DNA of 64,000 nucleotides from Chthoniobacterales bacterium (GTDB taxonomy: Bacteria; Verrucomicrobiota; Verrucomicrobiia; Chthoniobacterales; DASVRZ01), in NCBI GenBank assembly GCA_036388355.1, contig DASVRZ010000079.1, positions 17 through 64,016 of the forward strand, in the 5' to 3' direction. Shown piece by piece: positions 56,881 to 64,000 of this stretch (position 1 is its first letter; each line of letters begins with the position of its first letter). The notes under the pieces were generated by a model. The model worked only from the letters and a program-made list of their open reading frames with translations, searched no databases and was not told the DNA's origin. Both the position numbers and the translations under genes were made by a program.

Positions 56881-57804
56881 GTGGCTGCGATGTTTAGCGT
56901 GACAATCCTGGCCAGCAGCAGTGGGGGAAATTGCGCGCTGCTCACGACCGCGAAACGGAAGTTTCTCGTGGATGCCGGACTTAGCGCGCGACAAATTGCC
57001 GTGCGGCTCGAGTCGGTCGGAGTCACGTTGGGTGAACTCGACGGCATTTTCATCACGCACGAGCACATCGACCACGTCGCGGGTCTAGCAACGTTGCTGA
57101 AGAAGACGGATCTCCCTGTTTATTGCAATTCTCAGACCGGTAATGCCCTGCGCAGCAACCTGCCGGATTATCGGCGCTTGCAATTCTTTCAAACCGGCGC
57201 GGAATTCACGGTGGACGATCTCACCGTGCAGACGTTTCACATTCCGCACGACGCCGTGGATCCGGTGGGTTACGCCTTCCATTGCGGCGACGATTGCATC
57301 GGCTTCCTCACCGATCTCGGCTACGCCACGGCGCTGTCGATCGAGCGCGTTCGGGACGCCCATACGTTAGTTCTGGAGAGCAACCATTGCGAGAAGCTGC
57401 TCCAGGATTGCCCGAAACGCCCCTGGTCGCTCAAGCAGCGGATTCTTTCCCGGCACGGGCATCTTTCAAATACGGCAGCGTCCAATGTTGTTCACCATTT
57501 GCTCGAGCGGAATCTGCGCCAGCTCATCCTGGGTCACCTCAGCCGCGACTGCAACACGCCGGAGATCGCCCTCTCCACCATGCGCCAAAAGCTAGTGGCT
57601 CTCGGCGTGTCCGACGTGGAGGTGCATTGCGCTTCCCATGCCGAGGTGAGCCCCCGATTCGCCGTGCAACCCAGTCGTGCGCCCGCTGCCGACCGGCAGA
57701 GTGCAAGCGAGGTAAATCCAGTTAGCGACGACCAGAAATACCGCCGCACCCCGCAGTATGTGACCGAGCTTTTCCGGGAATTTGCCGCAGCGGACGCGGC
57801 GTAA
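56881..57804 (+). CDS. MBL-fold metallo-hydrolase
   Basis: LVDAGLS...ELDGIFITHEHIDHVAGL (HxHxDH). The C-terminal ~50-70 codons are low-complexity and overlap the convergent DUF2752 ORF, so the true 3' end is uncertain. Confidence 0.8.
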   Translation: MAAMFSVTILASSSGGNCALLTTAKRKFLVDAGLSARQIAVRLESVGVTLGELDGIFITHEHIDHVAGLATLLKKTDLPVYCNSQTGNALRSNLPDYRRLQFFQTGAEFTVDDLTVQTFHIPHDAVDPVGYAFHCGDDCIGFLTDLGYATALSIERVRDAHTLVLESNHCEKLLQDCPKRPWSLKQRILSRHGHLSNTAASNVVHHLLERNLRQLILGHLSRDCNTPEIALSTMRQKLVALGVSDVEVHCASHAEVSPRFAVQPSRAPAADRQSASEVNPVSDDQKYRRTPQYVTELFREFAAADAA

Positions 57805-58107
57805 ACGGAACGTCAGGACCACCGCGGAGTAGGCCGCGAAGCAAGTTCCCGCCACCCCGGCGAGAAACAGCATTGGGTTACAGCGAACGGCGAGGGCTAA
57901 GTCGCCGTTTACGAGCGCACGCACCATCCGCGTGCCTCCACAAGCCGGGCACGGCCAGCCAGTCCATGTGGCGAACGGACATACCGGCAGCGGAAGGCCC
58001 ATTTGCAGCCAGAAAACTCCCAATGCCGCCGCGGCCAACGAGACCCATAACCAAAGCAACTCCACATCTGTTTCCCCTGGAGCCAGGGGTCGCAGATAGA
58101 ATTTCAT
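57592..58107 (-). CDS. DUF2752 domain-containing membrane protein
   Basis: LPVCPFATWTGWPCPACGGTRMVRALVNGDLALAVRCNPMLF. The 3' end probably comes earlier than annotated. Confidence 0.7.
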   Translation of the reverse strand: MKFYLRPLAPGETDVELLWLWVSLAAAALGVFWLQMGLPLPVCPFATWTGWPCPACGGTRMVRALVNGDLALAVRCNPMLFLAGVAGTCFAAYSAVVLTFRLRRVRCGKFPEKLGHILRGAAVFLVVANWIYLACTLPVGSGRTTGLHGESGAHLGMGSAMHLHVGHAESH

Positions 58108-58110
58108 CGC

Positions 58111-59022
58111 TTAGGACTTTTTCAGAGCCTCATTGAAGGCGTTCATGAACTCCGGATTTCCAGACATCGCCTGAAAGAAGAAGTAAAAGCCGACGCCGCA
58201 GAGTCCGCAGCAAAGAACGAGCGGCAGCAGAATCGCCGCTACGGCTTTGCCTGTGCTGATTTCGTGAACTTTGGACAAGCCGATGGCGCCCGAAACAATG
58301 GTCCAAAAGAATGAAATAATTCCTCCACAGCAAGGCACCAAATTCACCAACGCGCAAGAACCTGCGACGTAGCAATAGACGCGATAAGTAGCCTCGAAAG
58401 GTTTCTTTGCGCCGCCGAGAAGCATCAGAGAAAGGTGCCAGAGGCCGCTATTCAAGAAAGAGGCAATGAAAAGGACGATCGGCAAAACGATCAGCAGGAT
58501 GACGATCGTTGCGCCGAAGCCCATGCTCTGCGCGGCGAAGAGTTTAGCCACGGCAGGATCCTGCGTTGCCGCAAAGGAACTCATCAGCGGCTGAATGGCC
58601 AATTGCAAGCCCATGCCCAACGCGGTGCCCAACAAGGTGGCGAGCAACATGTAAACAAAAGGAGTCATGTAGCCGCCCGTCGCTTTCATCCGGCTGAACG
58701 TCTCCGAAGGTTCGGTGAGCACCTCCTTCACAGTGGATCCAAACGCGCTCAGGAAGCCGACCTGCTCCTTCTGCTCCCAGGAAGGGAGATCGCTTCCCAG
58801 CGTAGCGGGGCTTAGCTCTGGAGCGGTTCCCATGAGCGGCGGGAGAGTCCCAGCCGGAACGGAAAAATCGGCCCACACTTCCAATGGCTTCCAATTTTCC
58901 ATTCCCGTGCGCCAGGCCAGATCAGTGCCCAGGAAGCGGCCGCTATCAAGTCCTGCCTGGACTTCAGCCGCGGTAAAAGTTCCTAGATTCTGACCCGCGC
59001 GGTTGATGTGGATGTCGCTCAT
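58111..59022 (-). CDS. GYF-domain (DUF4339) / Yip1-family membrane protein
   Basis: N-terminus HINRAGQNLGTFTAAEVQAGLDSGRFLGTDLAWRTGMENWKPL (GYF_2), then five TM helices of Yip1 type. Confidence 0.75.
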   Translation of the reverse strand: MSDIHINRAGQNLGTFTAAEVQAGLDSGRFLGTDLAWRTGMENWKPLEVWADFSVPAGTLPPLMGTAPELSPATLGSDLPSWEQKEQVGFLSAFGSTVKEVLTEPSETFSRMKATGGYMTPFVYMLLATLLGTALGMGLQLAIQPLMSSFAATQDPAVAKLFAAQSMGFGATIVILLIVLPIVLFIASFLNSGLWHLSLMLLGGAKKPFEATYRVYCYVAGSCALVNLVPCCGGIISFFWTIVSGAIGLSKVHEISTGKAVAAILLPLVLCCGLCGVGFYFFFQAMSGNPEFMNAFNEALKKS

Positions 59023-59031
59023 GCGCCTTGT

Positions 59032-59778
59032 CTATCGAGATTCCAGTGCAGCGTCAATCTCCCGCCAGCTTGTCAACCGCAACCCGGCAGGCAGCTCCCC
59101 TTCCCTCGGACCATCCACGCCGGGATGATAATAAATTTCCGCCATTTCGTAGGAGCGGGCGGCTAGAAGCAGACGGGCAAATGCCGCATCATCCACCTTG
59201 CCGGTTTCGCGTAAACCGAACGTACGATCGGCAAACTGCACATTGCCGAGTTGCTTACGTGCGCTAGCGCTGAGCTGATTAAAGATCCAACCCAGAAGGC
59301 CTGTGTTCTGTGTCTGCAAAAGCCGCACCGCACGAAAGCCGTGCCTCCTCGCTATCGGCAATGTCTCTTGGAAAATCGTCGGATGCAGATGCAAATGCGT
59401 GTGGCCGTCCCAATACACCGGCGGAAATCCTGCTGCTAAAAACAGAACAAACTGCTCTTCAATTTCCGCCCGCAACGCAGCGCGCAAACGGGCGTCCGCA
59501 AAATATTTCACCCCCGCCAACGCGGGGCTGGGCTCGAAGTTTCCCTCAGTATCCGTGAGTTCCGTCTGCCCTCCACGTGCGGCGGTGCAGAGCGTCAGAT
59601 GCAGGCCAACGCACAGGCCGGGATTCCGCAGAGCGATGCGTTTTGCCTCATCCAAACAGCGACCGTGAATCATGAGGCTTGCTTGGCTCAATCGCCCCGC
59701 CTGATACTGCGCTTCGACGGCTTCATTGACCTCATGACTTGCGCCAAAATCGTCGCCGGTGATGAGCAGTCGTGTCAT
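59032..59778 (-). CDS. hpnK: ChbG/HpnK-family (YdjC-like) carbohydrate deacetylase
   Basis: MTRLLITGDDFGASHEVNEAV...GLHLTL...DGHTHLHLHP. Start moved to ATG 59778. The 158-codon upstream extension in the track overlaps hpnA on the other strand. Confidence 0.8.
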   Translation of the reverse strand: MTRLLITGDDFGASHEVNEAVEAQYQAGRLSQASLMIHGRCLDEAKRIALRNPGLCVGLHLTLCTAARGGQTELTDTEGNFEPSPALAGVKYFADARLRAALRAEIEEQFVLFLAAGFPPVYWDGHTHLHLHPTIFQETLPIARRHGFRAVRLLQTQNTGLLGWIFNQLSASARKQLGNVQFADRTFGLRETGKVDDAAFARLLLAARSYEMAEIYYHPGVDGPREGELPAGLRLTSWREIDAALESR

Positions 59779-59820
59779 TTCCGCACCCACTACAACACGC
59801 CCTCTACCGAAATGGAAAAC

Positions 59821-60828
59821 CTCTTTCGCGATCTCTTCCGAGACCAGGTGGTCGTGGTCACCGGCGCGCGCGGTTTCATTGGCAGCCATGTCGCGGATCA
59901 ACTCGTGCAAAGTGGTGCACACGTGCGGGCGCTCACCCGTTCGTTGCAGGCCCCGCGAGGAAAATTTGCTGCGGCGCTGGAGTGGTTCGAAGGCGACGTG
60001 ACGGAGATCGAAACGCTGCGCAAACCCTTCGCTGACGCCCGTTACATTTTCCACGTCGCGGGCGATTACCGCTTCTGGGCGCGCGATCCGCAGACCATCT
60101 ACCGGAGCAATGTGGCGGGCACTGAAAACGTTCTCCAACTCGCCGGCACGGTGGGCGCAGAGAAGATCGTCGTCACCAGCACCCAGGGTGTGCTTGAGCC
60201 GGGAACGCTGGAAAATCCGGGCGGCGAAACGCGGCGGATCTCCGCTGTGCACGGGCCGTACAAATCATCAAAGCTGGCCGCACACGATGTCGTCCAGAAG
60301 CATCTTGCGCAGGGCGCTCCCATCGTTTCCGTCTTGCCGGGCGCACCCATCGGAGAGAACGATTTGCGCCCGACTCCAACCGGCGCGGTCATCGTTCGGT
60401 TTCTGAAAGGACAGCTTCCGATGCTCGCGCAGACCGGTCTCTCTTTCGTCGATGTGGGCGACGTGGCACGCGGCCATTTGCTCGCGCTCGCTCACGGAAA
60501 AACCGGCCAGGATTACTTGTTGGCTGGTCGCAATCTTTGGCTCCAGGAATTTCTCCAACTGCTCGCGCCGTATGCGAAACATCCCGTGCCGACAAGATAT
60601 GCGCCGGTCTGGTTAAGCCGAATCGCAGCGTTCGGGAGCGAAAGCTGGCACCGGCTGATTCGCTCCGATGCCGATCCATTTATCACCATGGAAAGCGTGC
60701 GGATGTCGGAGCGTCCGTACTTTTTCTCGTCGGCTAAAGCAATGCGCGAACTCGGCTACACCCTCTCCCCGCTAGAGAACGCAGTGGAGCGCGCCGTCCG
60801 AGATTTCCGTCATCGCGGCGTGCTATGA
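59821..60828 (+). CDS. hpnA: NAD-dependent epimerase/dehydratase (hopanoid-associated sugar epimerase HpnA-like)
   Basis: VVVTGARGFIGSHVADQLV (Rossmann GxxGxxG), ...YKSSKLAAH (YxxxK). Start moved to ATG 59821. Confidence 0.8.
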   Translation, partial: LFRDLFRDQVVVVTGARGFIGSHVADQLVQSGAHVRALTRSLQAPRGKFAAALEWFEGDVTEIETLRKPFADARYIFHVAGDYRFWARDPQTIYRSNVAGTENVLQLAGTVGAEKIVVTSTQGVLEPGTLENPGGETRRISAVHGPYKSSKLAAHDVVQKHLAQGAPIVSVLPGAPIGENDLRPTPTGAVIVRFLKGQLPMLAQTGLSFVDVGDVARGHLLALAHGKTGQDYLLAGRNLWLQEFLQLLAPYAKHPVPTRYAPVWLSRIAAFGSESWHRLIRSDADPFITMESVRMSERPYFFSSAKAMRELGYTLSPLENAVERAVRDFRHRGVL

Positions 60829-62030
60829 TCTGGCTGCTAGTTGGGCTTGTTCTCATTGGCTTCGCCTACGATTGGGTCACAACGCTTTGGCTCACAAATT
60901 GGCTGAGTGGAAACCACATTCTTGGTGGCGACCACGCGAGTCCGCCCAACCCGGAGCCAATCCCAACCGGAGAATTGGCTCTACGTGAAGCGCAGGCTGC
61001 TCACCTCGTGCAGCCGGCTGCCGGACCAGCGCCCCAGCAGAACAGGCGAGCCGCCTGTGCTCCCCAGATTCCAGCGATCACGTATTTCCGTCCGCTCAAA
61101 ACCGGAGTCCCGCAGTTAGAGGTAAAACTCCGTGCGTTCTTCAGTGTTATAGACCACGACGATCAGGTGCTCATCGGCATCCACGAAGACGATTTAGCTT
61201 CGGCGAGTCAGGCCCAGGCTGCGCTTGCTGTGTTTTCCGAGCAGGATATCCAAATCGTTTTTTGCCGCCGCGATGTCGCCCGCAATCCCAAGATCAACAA
61301 GCTCCTCCAACTCGCTCCGCTTGCGCGACATGAGCATTGGATCGTCGCGGATAGCGAGCTTGAAAACCCTGCCGAGTTCCTGCCGGAATTCGTCAACGAA
61401 TGGACCGCCGGGCAGTTTCCCGTGCTGAGCGCCCCGTATCGTTTTCGCCATCTAACTCTTGCCACAGCTCCCGTCCTGCACATGCTGCTCCCAGGACTTG
61501 CCGTCTTGCAACGCACCGGAAAAATCACAAACACGCTCGGTGCCGCTCTCGCTGTCACCCGCGCTCACATTGCACAACTGGGCGGCTGGGAATCGCTCTC
61601 CGATGAACTTGCGGAAGACTACCAACTCGGCCACCGCCTTGCCGCTCAAGGCGTCCCCGTCCGTTTCTCGCGCACTGTGGCTGCGCTAGATAACGACCCC
61701 GCCACAGTCCTCTCCACCTTCCACCAGCTGCACCGGATTAGCGCCACCTACCGCCGCTGCCAGCCGCTCGGATTCGCGGGTTCTCTCGTGCTCCACTCCA
61801 TCTTCTGGAGCCTCCTCGCAGCGAGCCTGCATCCGATTGGCTGGGCTGCACTCGCCCTCGCATCCGTCTCCCGAGTCATCGTGTGCCAACGCCGCGCGCA
61901 GCTTCTCGGCTGGTCCATTCCGTTTCCAAAAATCCTGTTCCTCATCCCCGTCTCCAGCCTTCTCGATACAGTCTTCTGGTGCCTCGCCTGGCTGCCCCTC
62001 CCGATCCACTGGGCGGGCCGACGCTGGTAA
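60825..62030 (+). CDS. hpnI: Glycosyltransferase, ceramide-glucosyltransferase-like (HpnI-like)
   Basis: ATGA overlap with hpnA. N-terminal TM, ITYFRPLKTG..., NPKINKL, C-terminal TM helices. Assignment rests on context with the HpnK/HpnA homologues. Confidence 0.65.
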   Translation: MIWLLVGLVLIGFAYDWVTTLWLTNWLSGNHILGGDHASPPNPEPIPTGELALREAQAAHLVQPAAGPAPQQNRRAACAPQIPAITYFRPLKTGVPQLEVKLRAFFSVIDHDDQVLIGIHEDDLASASQAQAALAVFSEQDIQIVFCRRDVARNPKINKLLQLAPLARHEHWIVADSELENPAEFLPEFVNEWTAGQFPVLSAPYRFRHLTLATAPVLHMLLPGLAVLQRTGKITNTLGAALAVTRAHIAQLGGWESLSDELAEDYQLGHRLAAQGVPVRFSRTVAALDNDPATVLSTFHQLHRISATYRRCQPLGFAGSLVLHSIFWSLLAASLHPIGWAALALASVSRVIVCQRRAQLLGWSIPFPKILFLIPVSSLLDTVFWCLAWLPLPIHWAGRRW

Positions 62031-62071
62031 TTTAACTGTGCGCGCCAGGCGTGCACAGCTAGGGTAGCCGA

Positions 62072-63466
62072 ATGCTCCTGACGTTCTCCACGACGCATTC
62101 GCCTGCGAAAGATCTTGGTTTTCTGCTCCGCAAACACCCGGCGCGGGTGCAGTCGTTCAACCTCTCGTTTGGCAAAGCACACGTCTTCTATCCCGAAGCC
62201 ACCGTGGAAAAATGCACAGTGGCTCTCCTCGTCGAAGTGGATCCCGTAGGGCTGGTCCGCAACCGCCGCGGGCCCTCCGGCGAAGGCGGCGCTCTTGATC
62301 AATACGTGAATGATCGTCCTTACGCCGCCTCGTCTTTTCTGAGCGTAGCCATCGCTGAAGTCTTCGGCACCGCTCTCGCCGGCAAGAGTAACGAACGGCC
62401 CGAACTTGCCGAGCAGGTGATGCCTTTTGAAGTCACTTTGTTCGCGTTGCCTTGTCGCGGCGGCGCGGAGTTTCTGAGGAAATTGTTCGAGCCTCTCGGC
62501 TACGAAGTCACAGCCGAACGTGCCACGCTGGACGCCGAATTTTCCGACTGGGGCGACAGTGTTTATCATGACGTGAAACTCCGCGGACACGTTACGGCGC
62601 GACAACTTCTCGCGCATCTCTATGTGCTCGTGCCGGTCCTCGATAACGAGAAGCACTACTGGGTCGGCGACGACGAAGTCGAAAAGCTCTTGCGCCACGG
62701 AACAGGCTGGCTGCCAACGCATCCCGAACGCGAAACGATCGCACGCCGCTACTTGAAGCACCGCCGCAGCTTGTTCGATCGCGCGCTGGAGCAGCTCATC
62801 GAAGGAGATCAGCCAGACGCCACTGCTGAGCAGGAAGCTGCAGAGGAGGCTCTCATCGAGCGCGCCATCAGCCTCAACGAACAACGTCTCGGAACCGTCC
62901 TAGCCACAGTGAAAGGAACCGGCGCGGCACGCGTCCTCGACCTCGGTTGCGGAGAGGGACGACTGCTCCGCGCGCTCCTGCAGGAAAAGCAATTCACCGA
63001 GATTGTAGGGCTGGATGTTTCCCATCGCTCCCTTGAGATCGTCCGCGACAAACTGCATTACGATCGCCTGCCGCCGATGAAGCAAAAGCGGCTGCAGCTT
63101 CTGCACGGCTCCCTCATCTACCGCGATCAACGTCTGGCTGGATACGATGCCGCCGCGGTTGTGGAAGTCATCGAGCATCTCGATCCTTCCCGTCTCGCCG
63201 CGTTCGAGCGCGTCCTTTTTGAGTTCGCCCGCCCGACGCACATCATCATCACCACACCTAACAGCGAATACAATGTGCGCTGGGAAACATTACCGGCTGG
63301 CGAGTTTCGCCATCGCGATCACCGCTTCGAATGGAGCCGATCGGAGTTCCAGGATTGGGCGAGTCGCAACGCCTCACGCTTCGGTTACAGCGTGCGCTTT
63401 CTTCCGGTCGGGCCAGACGATGCCGAGGTTGGTTCCCCCACCCAGATGGCTGTGTTTGCATTATGA
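62072..63466 (+). CDS. hen1: 3'-terminal RNA ribose 2'-O-methyltransferase Hen1 (bacterial RNA repair)
   Basis: MLLTFSTTHSPAKDLGFLLRKHPARVQSFNLSFGKAHVFYPEA (bacterial Hen1 N-domain) plus C-terminal MTase VLDLGCGEGRLLRAL...AVVEVIEHLD. Confidence 0.88.
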   Translation: MLLTFSTTHSPAKDLGFLLRKHPARVQSFNLSFGKAHVFYPEATVEKCTVALLVEVDPVGLVRNRRGPSGEGGALDQYVNDRPYAASSFLSVAIAEVFGTALAGKSNERPELAEQVMPFEVTLFALPCRGGAEFLRKLFEPLGYEVTAERATLDAEFSDWGDSVYHDVKLRGHVTARQLLAHLYVLVPVLDNEKHYWVGDDEVEKLLRHGTGWLPTHPERETIARRYLKHRRSLFDRALEQLIEGDQPDATAEQEAAEEALIERAISLNEQRLGTVLATVKGTGAARVLDLGCGEGRLLRALLQEKQFTEIVGLDVSHRSLEIVRDKLHYDRLPPMKQKRLQLLHGSLIYRDQRLAGYDAAAVVEVIEHLDPSRLAAFERVLFEFARPTHIIITTPNSEYNVRWETLPAGEFRHRDHRFEWSRSEFQDWASRNASRFGYSVRFLPVGPDDAEVGSPTQMAVFAL

Positions 63467-64000
63467 AAACGATCACCATTCCTGAGCTTTCGCTGGTGGT
63501 TTTGATCGGGGTTTCCGGCTCCGGCAAAAGCACCTTTGCGCGCACGCATTTCCTGCCGACCGAAGTGCTTTCCTCCGATGCCTGCCGGGGAATGGTGTCA
63601 GACGACGAGAACAACCAGGCGGCCACAAAGGACGCTTTCGACCTGCTGCACTTCATCGCACGCAAACGTCTCGCTGCAGGAAAGCTAACAGTTGTTGATG
63701 CCACCAACGTGCAGCCGGAATCGCGAAAAGCCTTTGTCGAAATTGCACGGGAATTTCACTGCCTGCCAGTCGCCATCGTGCTCGACCTTCCGGAGCGAAT
63801 GGCACATGAGCGCAACCAAGCGCGGGAAGATCGTGCGTTCGGACCGCACGTGATTCGCCAGCAATCCCAGCAGTTGCACAAGGCGCTGCGCAAGCTACCG
63901 AAGGAAGGCTTCCGCCATGTGCACGTGCTGCATACCGCAGAGGAAATTGATTCGCTGGTGATCGAGCGGCAACCGCTCTGGAATAATCGCAAACAGGAGC
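63463..64000 (+). CDS. pnkp: Polynucleotide kinase-phosphatase Pnkp, N-terminal part (runs off the right edge)
   Basis: Not in the ORF track (no stop in window). ATG 63463 overlaps the hen1 stop (ATGA). MKTITIPELSLVVLIGVSGSGKSTFARTHFLPTEVLSSDACRGMVSDDENNQ...VVDATNVQ, the P-loop kinase module of Pnkp. Confidence 0.85.
   Translation, partial: MKTITIPELSLVVLIGVSGSGKSTFARTHFLPTEVLSSDACRGMVSDDENNQAATKDAFDLLHFIARKRLAAGKLTVVDATNVQPESRKAFVEIAREFHCLPVAIVLDLPERMAHERNQAREDRAFGPHVIRQQSQQLHKALRKLPKEGFRHVHVLHTAEEIDSLVIERQPLWNNRKQE

Noticed and set aside
59779-60252. 158-codon N-terminal extension of the hpnK ORF
   Set aside because: It overlaps hpnA on the opposite strand. YdjC/HpnK homology begins at MTRLLITGDDFG (ATG 59778).
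61748-62884. 378-aa minus ORF opposite hpnI/hen1
   Set aside because: No motifs, and it overlaps two well-supported plus-strand genes.

Overview
High-GC bacterial chromosome segment. The gene content suggests a PVC/Verrucomicrobiota-type organism (inference only): signal-peptide beta-strand repeat protein, fused LpxC-FabZ, hopanoid hpn genes, many DUF membrane proteins. About 65 genes are supportable. I found no rRNA, tRNA or CRISPR.

Layout:
- 1-15.7 kb: 5' part of a secreted repeat protein that the ORF track missed, then aspS, a membrane-anchored papain-like peptidase, groEL-groES-dnaK, a small redox/HxlR/MOSC group, a GspF-like protein, lpxA, lpxC-fabZ and rimO.
- 15.7-27.8 kb: an accessory island.
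- 27.9-64 kb: mostly housekeeping genes (kef-type antiporter, mutY, rnhC, HU/IHF, trpD, gcvTH, rpoZ, smpB, ABC-F, coaB-birA-nadC). Also here are a hopanoid side-chain cluster (hpnK / hpnA-hpnI) and a hen1-pnkp RNA-repair pair that runs off the right edge.

Main finding: positions 15725-22736 hold about 12 co-oriented minus-strand mini-cassettes. They encode GNATs, VOC/glyoxalase proteins, GFA, an O-methyltransferase, a gluconokinase-like kinase and small secreted or membrane proteins. The cassettes are separated by a conserved family of imperfect palindromes. On the coding strand these begin with GCCTAAC (RYYYAAC) and end with GTTAGGC/GTTAGAC/GTTAAGC (GTTRRRY). That is the integron attC architecture, yet no integron integrase is present in the window, so the array looks CALIN-like. 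Several cassettes look decayed (two frameshifts, one in-frame stop).

Directly upstream of the array lies a 1690-aa SF1 helicase fused to a Vsr/DUF559-like nuclease fold (22732-27804), a candidate defence gene.

Many long ORFs in the supplied track are antisense or alternative-frame shadows of real genes and were rejected.
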